Shown: piece after piece, positions 29,873-39,471 of the stretch | Layout of the letters: each line of letters opens with the position of its first letter | How positions within the stretch are numbered: position 1 is the first letter of the stretch | Source of the DNA: Candidatus Omnitrophota bacterium | GTDB taxonomy: Bacteria > Omnitrophota > Gorgyraeia > Gygaellales > Gygaellaceae | Direction: 5' to 3' | Assembly: GCA_018400015.1 (NCBI GenBank) | Contig: JAGYNB010000001.1 | Location: 134,815 to 198,814 of the forward strand | DNA: 64,000 nucleotides | Program-made: the position numbers and the translations under genes | The notes under the pieces: model-generated | The model's input: the letters and a program-made list of their open reading frames with translations, nothing else | Database searches by the model: none | What the model was told of the DNA's origin: nothing

Positions 29873-30975
29873 ATATAAGAAGTTTTGTGTATAAAGATAA
29901 AAAAAGAGACCTTTCTCAGTTTATAGGGCCGGTTGTTGTATGGAATCTGACTTCGCGCTGTAATCTTGACTGTATACATTGCTATGCCGATAAAGGCTCT
30001 CTTTTTGTTAAAGATATGCCTAAAAAGGTATGTTTAGATACAATAAAGGAATTAAAATTATTAAAGACCCCGTTAGTTATATTTTCAGGCGGAGAGCCGC
30101 TTTTGTATAAAGGTATATTTGATTTGGCTAAGTATGCCATTGATAATTCGATCAAGGTAAGTCTTTCTACAAATGGAACTTTGATTGATAAAGCTATGGC
30201 CATTAAGATTAAAAGTTCTGGTATTAATTATGTGGGAATCAGTATTGACGGAATGAAGATTACACACGATTTTTTAAGGAACAAAAAAGGTGCTTTTGAC
30301 AAAAGCGTTACAGCAATAAAACACTGCAAAGCAAACGATATTAAGGTGGGAATTCGTTTTACCGTAGCTAGATATAATGTAAGAGAGCTAAAAGAAGTTT
30401 TAAAGCTGGCACAATCTTTAAAAGTAGACAGGTTCTGTCTTTATAATCTTGTCTATTCGGGCCGGGCGGAAACACTGGTAGAAAATGATTTATCGTCTTG
30501 GCAGAGAAAAAAAGTAGTTGATGAGCTTGTTGCATTTGTTAAAAGGACAAAAGGTTCAATGGAAGTCTTAACTACAGATAGCCCATGCGATGGGGTGTAT
30601 CTTAAGCGCTTGTTTAACGTAAAAGATATTTCTTTGTCGGGGTGTTCGGCTGGGGATAAGATTATAAATATTGATGAGGCGGGTTTTATTCATCCTTGTC
30701 AGTTCTGGCATGATTATAATATAGGTAACATAAAAACAGATAGAATAACAAAAGTTCTCAAGAAGGATGCGCTTGTTTTAAAGCTTCGTGATAAGGCCAA
30801 GTTTTTAAAAGATCAATGCAGGCAGTGTGATAGCAAAGATTTATGTTTTGGCTGCAGGGTAAGAGCCAAGGCGGTTTACAAAGATTTATGGAAAAACGAT
30901 CCTTCTTGCTATTTGATTGACAAAAAGGTAAAAAATGAAATCTCCAAAATGTCGTCCGCGCAGATTACGCATTAA
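29866..30975 (+). CDS. Radical SAM/SPASM protein, AhbC/NirJ1-like (12,18-didecarboxysiroheme deacetylase)
   Basis: PVVVWNLTSRCNLDCIHCY (CxxxCxxC), FSGGEPL, YVGISIDG, RFCLYNLVYSGR, SPASM Cys cluster ending DPSCY; siroheme-pathway context. Confidence 0.8.
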   Translation: MVDIRSFVYKDKKRDLSQFIGPVVVWNLTSRCNLDCIHCYADKGSLFVKDMPKKVCLDTIKELKLLKTPLVIFSGGEPLLYKGIFDLAKYAIDNSIKVSLSTNGTLIDKAMAIKIKSSGINYVGISIDGMKITHDFLRNKKGAFDKSVTAIKHCKANDIKVGIRFTVARYNVRELKEVLKLAQSLKVDRFCLYNLVYSGRAETLVENDLSSWQRKKVVDELVAFVKRTKGSMEVLTTDSPCDGVYLKRLFNVKDISLSGCSAGDKIINIDEAGFIHPCQFWHDYNIGNIKTDRITKVLKKDALVLKLRDKAKFLKDQCRQCDSKDLCFGCRVRAKAVYKDLWKNDPSCYLIDKKVKNEISKMSSAQITH

Positions 30976-31918
30976 TAGATTAATAAGAGAAAAATTCAAG
31001 GAAACAAAACTTTCTATAAGCGATTTTATTATGCCTTATTTTGTTTGTGAAGGTAGATATATAAAACGATCAGTTAAGTCTATGCCTGGCGTGTTTCAAT
31101 TCTCAATAGATAATCTGGTTAAAGAAGTTTCAGCTTCTCTTAAGTTGGGCATTGATGCGGTGATACTTTTTGGCATACCTGATAAAAAAGATAAGATTGC
31201 TTCTAGAAGCTATGCTTCAGATGGAATAATCCAGAAAGCCGTACGCGCCTTAAAGACAGAGTTTAAAAATCTTCTTGTTATAACCGATGTTTGCCTATGT
31301 GGATATACCTCTCACGGTCATTGCGGTATGGTCGTTAAAAGGAATAATAAGTTTTATATCGATAATGATCTGAGCTTGGAAACATTAGCGAAGATGGCGC
31401 TTTCCCATGCTCAGGCCGGGGCTGATATCGTTGCTCCCAGCAGCATGATGGATGCGCAGGTAAAGGCAATAAGGAACGCATTAGACAAAAACGGTTTTAT
31501 GGATATTGCGATAATGGCGTATTCGGCCAAATTTGCTTCCGGGTTTTACGGTCCGTTTAGAGATGCAGCCTTATCCAGCCCTAAATCCGGAGATCGTAAA
31601 TCATACCAGATGGATTTTTCTAACAGTAAAGAGGCGCTTAAGGAAGTTATGTTAGATATTAAAGAAGGTGCTGATATAGTTATGGTAAAGCCCGCATTAG
31701 CTTATCAGGACATAATTTACAGAGTAAAAGAATCGATAAACCTGCCTTTAGCGGTTTATAATGTAAGCGGCGAATATTCCATGATTAAAGAAGCCTGCAG
31801 AAAGAAATTGTTCGAAGAGGATAGAATTGTTATGGAAATAATGACAGGTTTTAAGCGTTCAGGAGCAGATATAATAATCAGTTATTTCGCTAAAGACATT
31901 GCAAGGTGGTTAAGATGA
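30935..31918 (+). CDS. hemB: Porphobilinogen synthase (Zn-binding type)
   Basis: DVCLCGYTSHGHCG, SGFYGPFRDA, MVKPAL, YNVSGEY. Confidence 0.96.
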   Translation: MKSPKCRPRRLRINRLIREKFKETKLSISDFIMPYFVCEGRYIKRSVKSMPGVFQFSIDNLVKEVSASLKLGIDAVILFGIPDKKDKIASRSYASDGIIQKAVRALKTEFKNLLVITDVCLCGYTSHGHCGMVVKRNNKFYIDNDLSLETLAKMALSHAQAGADIVAPSSMMDAQVKAIRNALDKNGFMDIAIMAYSAKFASGFYGPFRDAALSSPKSGDRKSYQMDFSNSKEALKEVMLDIKEGADIVMVKPALAYQDIIYRVKESINLPLAVYNVSGEYSMIKEACRKKLFEEDRIVMEIMTGFKRSGADIIISYFAKDIARWLR

Positions 31919-32367
31919 AGAAACTGTCTTTTATCGACAAGACGATATTAGCTTCTATAGGCAAAGAGTTTCCTTTAGAGGAAAACTTATTAAAAAAGCT
32001 TGCGCATTCTTTAGGTTACAGCGAGCAGTTATTGAAAAGCCAGTTGGAGTTATTGTATAAAAACGGTATTATTCGCGATATCATGATTCCTTTTAACTGG
32101 AGGCAGTTTGGCTATAAGAGTTCTCTTTTTGCTTTAAGTGTGCCTAGTTCAAAGATAAAGATAGTGAAGGATGCACTTGTTGGTTTCTCAGGGGTTACAC
32201 ATTGTTATCTAAGGAAAGCAAAACTCAATATTTGGTTTACGTTTATATATAAAAATACAAATGAAAAATCAACTCTTGTTAATAAACTTAAAACGGTTAA
32301 TATTGCGAACATCGTTGAATTGCCTGCTGAAAAAGTAATAAAACTGGACATGTCAGGATTATTATGA
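31915..32367 (+). CDS. Siroheme decarboxylase alpha subunit-like (AhbA/NirD family, Lrp/AsnC fold)
   Basis: FPL N-terminal HTH, GYKSSL, GVTHCYLR (HxYxR), NIWFT. Confidence 0.78.
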   Translation: MKKLSFIDKTILASIGKEFPLEENLLKKLAHSLGYSEQLLKSQLELLYKNGIIRDIMIPFNWRQFGYKSSLFALSVPSSKIKIVKDALVGFSGVTHCYLRKAKLNIWFTFIYKNTNEKSTLVNKLKTVNIANIVELPAEKVIKLDMSGLL

Positions 32368-32816
32368 GTCTAATTAATATTAATAAAGATATTAAAAATA
32401 AGATTAATTCTAAAGGCGGACTCTGGGATATTGTTTTTTTGGGTTCGCCAAAAGAGAAAAAGGATTTGTTTTTAAGGCTAAAATCTTTGAAGAAGAAAAA
32501 AATAATCAAAAATCCTAAGGCTTTTTTAAATTATCGTCTTTTGGGATATACCCATAACGCATTAATCGCCTGGCGCATGGAAAGAATTGACAGCGCTTTT
32601 ATCAAAGATAAGCTAAGTGAGATAAAAAACGTGACTCACTGCGTAATCAGAAAACCTCAAAGGGATTTTAATTTTAATCTATTTACTATGGTGCATGCAA
32701 AAAACAAGAATGAACTCATAAATACGATTACGATGTTAAAGAATATTTTTCGTGCCGATGATTATTTAGTGATGGAAACACAAGAAGAATTGATTAAAAG
32801 ACCATTTTATGGCTAA
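32364..32816 (+). CDS. Siroheme decarboxylase beta subunit-like (AhbB/NirH family)
   Basis: GYTHNALIAW, VTHCVIR, FNLFTMVHA, EELIK. Confidence 0.75.
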   Translation: MSLININKDIKNKINSKGGLWDIVFLGSPKEKKDLFLRLKSLKKKKIIKNPKAFLNYRLLGYTHNALIAWRMERIDSAFIKDKLSEIKNVTHCVIRKPQRDFNFNLFTMVHAKNKNELINTITMLKNIFRADDYLVMETQEELIKRPFYG

Positions 32817-34083
32817 CAATAAAAGATTATTCGATATATCAAAGGATCTTTTCCCTGGCGGGGTAAATAGTCCCGTACGTTCGTTTTCTTGTGTAGGAAG
32901 ACACCCTATTTTTATTAAATATGGCAAGGGCTGCTATATTTATGACGAAGAAGGTCGTAAATATATTGATTTTTGTCTTTCCTGGGGGCCGCATATACTA
33001 GGTCATAACCATAAAGTAGTATTAAATGCAGTGATGCACCAGTTATATAAAGGAACCAGCTTTGGAACATGTACTAATAATGAATTGGTTTTTGCCAAGA
33101 TTATCAAGAAAGCTTTTTCTTCTATTGAAAAGATGCGCCTAGTTTCATCAGGAACAGAGGCAGTGATGACTGCGATTAGGCTTGCCCGCGGATATACAAA
33201 TAAAGATATAATTGTTAAATTCAACGGCTGTTATCATGGCCACAGCGATAGCCTTTTGGTAAAATCCGGTAGCGGCGTTGCTACCTTGGGAGTACGTTCT
33301 ACAAAAGGCGTTACCAAACAACTTGCCAAACAAACAATAAGTCTGCCGTTTAACGATATAAAATCTTTTAAAAAAACCTGCAGGAAATATTTTAATCGAA
33401 TTGCTTGTGTTATTGTTGAGCCTGTTGCGGGCAATATGGGCGTTGTATTGCCAGATAAACAGTTTTTAAAATCCTTAAGGGAAATAACTAAAAAACAAAA
33501 TATAGTTTTTATTTTTGACGAGGTGATAACCGGATTCAGGTTTTGTTTTGGAGGTATGCAGAATATTCTTGGTATTAAACCGGATTTGACTATATTAGGT
33601 AAAATTATCGGTGCAGGGCTTCCGATTGGACTTGTGGGAGGAAGCAGAGAAATTATGGATTTTCTTGCGCCTGAAGGAGATATCTATCAGGCAGGAACCT
33701 TATCAGGTAATCCTTTATCTACAGCTGCGGGTATCGCAGTCTTAAGTTATCTAAATAAGCATGAAAATCTGTATAAAAAACTAGATGAGGATACAGAATG
33801 GTTTGTGGATCAATTAAAGGGCGTATTAAGCGATAAGGGCATACCGTTTGTCATAAACCGTTTTGGTAGTATGTTTTCAATTTTCTTTTGCAAAAAGCAA
33901 GTCAAAAATTACAACCAGGCTTTAAAACAAGACACTAATGTGTTTAAGAGGTTCTATAATTTCATGTTGGAAAAAGGAGTGTACTTTTCTCCTTCTGGTT
34001 TTGAGGCGAATTTTTTATCCATAGCGCACCATAGGGCTGATTTAAAACAGGCTATAAATAGTTTAAAGCGTTTTCATAATTAA
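32809..34083 (+). CDS. hemL: Glutamate-1-semialdehyde 2,1-aminomutase
   Basis: PGGVNSPVR, SGTEAVMTAIRLAR, GCYHGH, FDEVITGFR, LGKIIG, YQAGTLSGNP. Confidence 0.96.
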   Translation: MANNKRLFDISKDLFPGGVNSPVRSFSCVGRHPIFIKYGKGCYIYDEEGRKYIDFCLSWGPHILGHNHKVVLNAVMHQLYKGTSFGTCTNNELVFAKIIKKAFSSIEKMRLVSSGTEAVMTAIRLARGYTNKDIIVKFNGCYHGHSDSLLVKSGSGVATLGVRSTKGVTKQLAKQTISLPFNDIKSFKKTCRKYFNRIACVIVEPVAGNMGVVLPDKQFLKSLREITKKQNIVFIFDEVITGFRFCFGGMQNILGIKPDLTILGKIIGAGLPIGLVGGSREIMDFLAPEGDIYQAGTLSGNPLSTAAGIAVLSYLNKHENLYKKLDEDTEWFVDQLKGVLSDKGIPFVINRFGSMFSIFFCKKQVKNYNQALKQDTNVFKRFYNFMLEKGVYFSPSGFEANFLSIAHHRADLKQAINSLKRFHN

Positions 34084-34106
34084 TTTAATAGTATACTCTT
34101 AACATG

Positions 34107-34135
34107 TTGACAATTATTTAGCTGGCTGGTAAAAT
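34107..34135 (+). promoter_or_regulatory. sigma70 promoter upstream of mgtE
   Basis: TTGACA-17-TAAAAT with extended -10 TG. Confidence 0.7.
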
Positions 34136-34147
34136 TAATTACCCGAC

Positions 34148-34182
34148 AACCTGAGGATAGCTTTATCCTGCAGGTTTTTTTT
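34148..34182 (+). terminator. Terminator-like hairpin between the promoter and mgtE
   Basis: AACCTG-AGGATA-(GCTT)-TATCCT-g-CAGGTT running into a tract of 8 T. Confidence 0.7.
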
Positions 34183-34205
34183 GTGGGTTGAACTTTTTTA
34201 AGAGA

Positions 34206-35603
34206 ATGCCAATAAAAAACCGTAATGTAGATATTTTGGCTTTGATTTTACCGGAGATAAGGGATTTGGTAAAAGAGAGGAATTTTCAGGACTTAAAGGA
34301 AGTTCTGCGTAAGGTCCATTCTGTAGATTTGGCTCTTAGCTGGAACAATCTTGATGATAAGGAAAAACCAATAATTTTTAGGCTTCTTGGCGCAAGAAAA
34401 TCCGTTGAATTATTCGAAGACCTACCAATTAAAGAGCAGACCCACATAATAAATAATCTCAACAATGAAGAGGTTACCAATGTCTTAAACGAGATGGCTC
34501 CAGACGAAAGAGCCGATCTTTTTAAAGATCTATCAGAGAAAGATATCACGAAGTTTATCAAGCTTCTGAAAAAAGAAGATCTAGAAGATGTAAGAAGATT
34601 GATGAATTATCAGGAGGGCACTGCAGGCAGTCTTATGACGACAGAGCTTGTGGAGTTAAAAAAAGACATGTCTGCAAGAGGTGCAATTTTATATATACAG
34701 GATAATCTGCGTACCGAATATAATGAAAATGTTTATTCTTGTTATGTCACAGACACAGAACATAAATTATTAGGTGTAGTCACCATACAAGACTTGTTGA
34801 AGTCTCCCGCGGATATGTTATTAAGAGATATTATGATCAGCCCGGAGTTTATAAAAATCGATGTAAATACGGATATTTCAGAGGTTGCCAATATATTTAA
34901 AAGATACGACCTTCACGACGCGCCAATAGTGGATAATAATAATATATTCTTGGGGATTGTTACTATTGATGATATCGTTGATGAGATTGAAAAGGAAAAT
35001 ACAAAAGAGATTTATGAAATTGGTAAGATGTCAGGTGGAGAAGGTGAAATCATCAGTTATTCTCAATCAAATGCATTTGATTTGGTAAAGCGCCGCGCAG
35101 GATGGTTGATATTTCTTCTTGTGTTCGATTTTTTAACCGGAACAGTCTTAAAAGCTTTTGAACATTCTCTTAGTTCTGTTGTAGCTTTGGCATTTTTTAT
35201 CCCTATGCTTTTAGATACCGGAGGTAATGCCGGAGCCCAGACTTCTATTACTATAATTAGGGGTTTAGCCACAGGAGATGTTTCATTTAAGAATATCTGG
35301 AAAGTCGTTAAGATGGAGCTTTGCAGTGCTATTTTTATCGGGCTGATAATTGGAACAGTTGCTTTTGCAAGAGCGTTTTTATTGCAGAAAGATTTTATGC
35401 TTTCAGTGGTTGTAGGTATTACCATGGTATTGGTTGCGCTTCTTGCTATAATAACCGGTGTTACTTTGCCTTTGGCGTCTAAAAGAATCGGTTTAGATCC
35501 AGCTGCTTTAGCAGGTCCGATTACAACCAGCATTGTCGATGTACTGGGGTTAATAATTTATTTTAAGATTGCTCAGATGTTTATCCCTGCACTTAAATTT
35601 TAG
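34206..35603 (+). CDS. mgtE: Magnesium transporter MgtE
   Basis: N-domain (MAPDERAD), CBS pair (TAGSLMT, GIVTIDD), TM domain (RRAGWL, GGNAGAQT, DPAALAGPITTSIVD); ATG 34206 preferred over TTG 34188. Confidence 0.95.
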   Translation: MPIKNRNVDILALILPEIRDLVKERNFQDLKEVLRKVHSVDLALSWNNLDDKEKPIIFRLLGARKSVELFEDLPIKEQTHIINNLNNEEVTNVLNEMAPDERADLFKDLSEKDITKFIKLLKKEDLEDVRRLMNYQEGTAGSLMTTELVELKKDMSARGAILYIQDNLRTEYNENVYSCYVTDTEHKLLGVVTIQDLLKSPADMLLRDIMISPEFIKIDVNTDISEVANIFKRYDLHDAPIVDNNNIFLGIVTIDDIVDEIEKENTKEIYEIGKMSGGEGEIISYSQSNAFDLVKRRAGWLIFLLVFDFLTGTVLKAFEHSLSSVVALAFFIPMLLDTGGNAGAQTSITIIRGLATGDVSFKNIWKVVKMELCSAIFIGLIIGTVAFARAFLLQKDFMLSVVVGITMVLVALLAIITGVTLPLASKRIGLDPAALAGPITTSIVDVLGLIIYFKIAQMFIPALKF

Positions 35604-35605
35604 CC

Positions 35606-38600
35606 ATGAAAAACATAAAATATGCGATAAACAAAAAAAAGGAATTCGAGATAGGTTCTTTTAATCAGGCAAAAACCTTTTCTTCATTTTTTCCTGCAGT
35701 TGCCGGGGTTTACGGAATACCGATGTGGGTTTTTTATGTCAATAGAGGTCAGGCCGTAGCCAGTTTCGGTATTAAAGACAAAGATCATGCGATTTTAGAG
35801 TTTTATCCGGCCAATAGAGCATATGAAAATACGTCCTTAACTGGATTTAGAACATTTATTAAATTGAAGAAAAATGGTAAAGTTGTATTTTATGAGCCGT
35901 TTCGAGAAAGCCTTCATAATAATAATTTTAATATTGAAAATAAAATGAGTATTTCTTCTTGCGATTTGAAGCTTGAAGAGATTAATAATACGTTAGGTAT
36001 TAAGGTGTCAGTGGAATATTTTACTGTCCCCGAGGAAAATTTTGCCGCACTTGCAAGGGTAGTAAGGGTAACCAATTTAAATAAATCAAAAATTGATATA
36101 GAAGTTATTGATGGCCTTCCAAGAATCGTTTGTTACGGGGTAAATAACTGGTTCTTAAAACATCTAAGCCGTACAGTGGAAGCATGGATGCGTTCGGTTC
36201 AGATAAAGAAAAGCGCATTTTTTAGTTTGCGAGTTGACCCTACGGATTCATCGGATATTAACCATATTCACGGAGGTAATTTTTATTTAAGTTTTATCGA
36301 TGATAAGAAATTAATTGCACCGATTGTTGAATCAAGTATAATTTTCGGTTCTGTAAACGATTTATCATATCCAAAACAGTTTTTTAACTCAAGAAATTTC
36401 AAATATCCGCAAAAGCAGATAACTACCTCAAAGACGCCTTGTGCTTTTACTTTATTTAAGAAAAGCTTATCTTGTGCAAAAGAAGTTTGTTTAAGGTCTT
36501 TAATCGGCAGCGTTGAAACCGAACATTCAATGAATTCAGTTATCAGTAAAGTTTCCTTTAAGGAGTATTTTACTGTTAAAAAAGCGAGGAATAAAGAGAT
36601 TATCGATGAAATAACAGACAATATTTTTACGGTTAGTTCATCCGTAGAATTCAATCAGTATAGTTGCCAGAGTTATCTGGATAATGTTTTGCGCGGTGGT
36701 TTTGCGATGACTGTAAAGAGCAATTCCCACAAAAATGTTTTTTATGTTTATTCTCGTATACACGGAGATTTAGAGAGGGATTACAATAATTTTCAGATAT
36801 TGCCTAGTTATTTTTCTCAAGGTAACGGTAATTACCGCGACGTGAATCAGAATAGGCGTTGTGATAACTGGTTTAATATCGATTTGGATTGTGAGAATAT
36901 TACTGCTCTTTTAAGTCTTATACAGCTTGATGGGTATAATCCGCTTGTTCTGAAGGGAGCTATGTTTGAACTTAAGGATAAGGATTTTATCACTAGTAAT
37001 CTTAAAAAAATAACCAGCAGTAAAGAATTGAATGATTTAAAAAGTTTTCTCTCTAAGCCGTTTAGTCCGGGACATTTGATGGCAAAGCTTAAGGAGAAGA
37101 AAATAAATTCTTCCATAGGACAAGTCGACTTGTTTTTAAAAATAATCGCCTCATGCGTACAAATTTACGAAGCAGAACATAAAGAGGGTTTTTGGAGTGA
37201 CCATTGGAGCTATAATACCGATTTACTGGAGAATTATTTAAGTCTATATCCGGAAAAGTTAAAAAAATTATTAATAGAAGATAAACGCTTCACCTTTTTT
37301 GATAATGCTTATTATGTAAAACCGCGCGCCCAAAGATATGTTTTAAAACATAATTTTCCCAGGCAGCTTAATTGTGTAGCACTGGATAAAAAGAAGCAGG
37401 ATTTGTTAAGACAAAGAATTTCCCAGGGGTTCGCCGTAAGAACTGATAATGGCAAGGGTGAAATTTACTATGCTAATTTAGTTACAAAACTTATCTGTAT
37501 TATTGTAAATAAACTAGCCACAATGGATCCGTTTGATACCGGTATTGAGATGGAATCCGATAAGCCGAATTGGTTTGATTCGCTAAATGGTCTGCCTGGT
37601 CTTTTTGGTTCTTCAAGCTGCGAGACATTTGAACTTAAAAGGCTTGTGGATTTATTATTAAATTATCTTGGTAAAATAGATTTTGATTCTGTAAGTATTC
37701 CGCAAGAAATATCCCAGTTTTTAGTTCAGTTATCCGTTTTAGTTAAAGATGAAAAAGATCCATTTAAATATTGGGATAAGGCAAACACTCTAAAAGAAGA
37801 ATACAGGAAGAAAGTTCATTTTGGTTTATCCGGAAAAGAAAACCAAATATCAAAAGTAAATTTGCTGGAATTTTTAAATAAGGTTTCAAAGAAGCTTTGT
37901 CGTTCTCTTAACAATGCGTTTGATTCAAAACAAAAAATCTACAACACTTATTTTATAAATGAATTGATTGAATTCGATAAACAGTACTTGTCAGGCGAAA
38001 AAGAAGGTGTCAGCGTATTAAAACCGTTGAGATTTAAACAAAAACCGCTGGCGAATTTCCTTGAGGCGCAGATGCATGCTTTACGCATTGAAAAAGACAT
38101 AAATAAGGCAAGAGAGCTTTATGGGAATGTGAGAAAAAGCAATCTTTATGATAAGAAGCTTAAGATGTACAAGGTCTGCGCTTCTTTAGAAAAAGAACCA
38201 TTAGATATTGGCAGAGTTAGGGCATTTACTCCTGGGTGGCTTGAAAATGAGTCTATATGGCTACATATGGAATATAAATATCTTCTGGAGCTATTAAGAA
38301 CACAGCTTTTTGAAGAGTTCTATAATGAATTAAAAGATGTTTTGATCCCTTTTCAGGATCCACATCGTTACGGTAGAAGCATATTGGAAAATTCATCATT
38401 TTTGGTTTCGAGTGTCAATCCTGATGAAAATATTCATGGTAATGGTTTTGTGGCGAGGCTTAGCGGGTCAACAGCAGAGTTTCTAAATATTTGGCTGTGG
38501 ATGTGTGCAGGGCAGCAACCTTTTGCCGCAAAAGAAAAGGGGTTGATTCTTGAATTCAAGCCAGCACTTAAAGCATGGCTGTTCACTAAAGTTAAAAAAG

Positions 38601-38869
38601 CATATAGTTTTATTATTGATCGTGAGAGAAAGTCTGTAAAAATAGATAAAAACTGTTTTGCTTTTAATTTTTTAGGCAAATGTTTAGTTGTATATCATAA
38701 TCCAAAGAGAAAAGATACTTTTGGCAAGAAAGCCGCGGTTATAAAGAATATTAGTTTACGGGAAAAGAATTCCTGCAAACACGAGATTTTATCAGGAGTC
38801 ATTTGCGGTGCTTTAGCCAAAAGGGTTCGAGATGGCCTTATCGAGCGCATAGATATCTATCTTTCCTAG
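35606..38869 (+). CDS. Large glycoside phosphorylase, GH161-like (beta-1,3-glucan phosphorylase family)
   Basis: GIPMWVFYVNRGQ, HGDLERDYN, GNGNYRDVNQNRR, WSDHWSY, NGLPG, GWLENESIWLHMEYKY, ARLSGSTAEF. Confidence 0.75.
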   Translation: MKNIKYAINKKKEFEIGSFNQAKTFSSFFPAVAGVYGIPMWVFYVNRGQAVASFGIKDKDHAILEFYPANRAYENTSLTGFRTFIKLKKNGKVVFYEPFRESLHNNNFNIENKMSISSCDLKLEEINNTLGIKVSVEYFTVPEENFAALARVVRVTNLNKSKIDIEVIDGLPRIVCYGVNNWFLKHLSRTVEAWMRSVQIKKSAFFSLRVDPTDSSDINHIHGGNFYLSFIDDKKLIAPIVESSIIFGSVNDLSYPKQFFNSRNFKYPQKQITTSKTPCAFTLFKKSLSCAKEVCLRSLIGSVETEHSMNSVISKVSFKEYFTVKKARNKEIIDEITDNIFTVSSSVEFNQYSCQSYLDNVLRGGFAMTVKSNSHKNVFYVYSRIHGDLERDYNNFQILPSYFSQGNGNYRDVNQNRRCDNWFNIDLDCENITALLSLIQLDGYNPLVLKGAMFELKDKDFITSNLKKITSSKELNDLKSFLSKPFSPGHLMAKLKEKKINSSIGQVDLFLKIIASCVQIYEAEHKEGFWSDHWSYNTDLLENYLSLYPEKLKKLLIEDKRFTFFDNAYYVKPRAQRYVLKHNFPRQLNCVALDKKKQDLLRQRISQGFAVRTDNGKGEIYYANLVTKLICIIVNKLATMDPFDTGIEMESDKPNWFDSLNGLPGLFGSSSCETFELKRLVDLLLNYLGKIDFDSVSIPQEISQFLVQLSVLVKDEKDPFKYWDKANTLKEEYRKKVHFGLSGKENQISKVNLLEFLNKVSKKLCRSLNNAFDSKQKIYNTYFINELIEFDKQYLSGEKEGVSVLKPLRFKQKPLANFLEAQMHALRIEKDINKARELYGNVRKSNLYDKKLKMYKVCASLEKEPLDIGRVRAFTPGWLENESIWLHMEYKYLLELLRTQLFEEFYNELKDVLIPFQDPHRYGRSILENSSFLVSSVNPDENIHGNGFVARLSGSTAEFLNIWLWMCAGQQPFAAKEKGLILEFKPALKAWLFTKVKKAYSFIIDRERKSVKIDKNCFAFNFLGKCLVVYHNPKRKDTFGKKAAVIKNISLREKNSCKHEILSGVICGALAKRVRDGLIERIDIYLS

Positions 38870-38902
38870 TTATATCATAATTTTCTAGCCGAATAATAGA
38901 TT

Positions 38903-38931
38903 TTGACAAAAATCACTAATTTTAATACAAT
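38903..38931 (+). promoter_or_regulatory. sigma70 promoter of the Lrp to yqeY operon
   Basis: TTGACA-17-TACAAT. Confidence 0.7.
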
Positions 38932-38976
38932 AAAGAGTCAGTTAGTGCTTTATTTTATAATTCAAAAGGAGAAAAA

Positions 38977-39462
38977 ATGGACGAAATACTGGAAATACTG
39001 GAAAAAGACTCTCGCATAAGCCCGGAACAGATAGCAAAACTTACTAAAAAGAACGTAAAAAACGTCAAAGCCGCGATAAAAAAATACGAAAAAGACGGCG
39101 TTATTGTTAAATATAAGACTATTATAAATAAAGAGTTAGTTAAAAAAGACGATAATGAAGTTAGGGCTTTGATCGAGGTTAATATAGTACCACAAAAAGA
39201 CGTAGGCTTTGATAGTATTGCCGAAAGGATTTATAAGTTTCCCGAGGTAACCAGCTGTTATCTGTTATCGGGAACATATGATTTGCTTCTTGTGGTAGAG
39301 GGGAAAAACTTGCATACTGTTTCCAATTTTGTTGCTGAGAAACTTTCTCCCATGCCGAATGTAAGAGGTACGGTTACCCATTTTTTGCTTAAAAAATACA
39401 AAGAAGATTCGGTCATATTAAAGCATAAAGAAGATGATAAGCGCATAGCAATATCCTATTAG
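38977..39462 (+). CDS. Lrp/AsnC-family transcriptional regulator (YugG/AlaR-like)
   Basis: N-terminal HTH, IYKFPEV, YLLSGTYDL, THFLLKKYK; paired with an aminotransferase. Confidence 0.9.
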   Translation: MDEILEILEKDSRISPEQIAKLTKKNVKNVKAAIKKYEKDGVIVKYKTIINKELVKKDDNEVRALIEVNIVPQKDVGFDSIAERIYKFPEVTSCYLLSGTYDLLLVVEGKNLHTVSNFVAEKLSPMPNVRGTVTHFLLKKYKEDSVILKHKEDDKRIAISY

Positions 39463-39471
39463 AAATAAAAA

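Noticed and set aside
31915-32816. Two Lrp/AsnC transcription regulators
   Set aside because: Motifs and siroheme-pathway context fit AhbA/AhbB enzymes, which share the fold
34141-34190. mgtE leader as an M-box riboswitch or ANTAR target
   Set aside because: Too short for an M-box; a single hairpin without the paired A1/G4 hexaloops of ANTAR RNAs
38930-38955. Small inverted repeat ATAAAG...CTTTAT in the Lrp operon leader as an ANTAR site
   Set aside because: Weak AT-only stem, no dual-hairpin motif and no terminator
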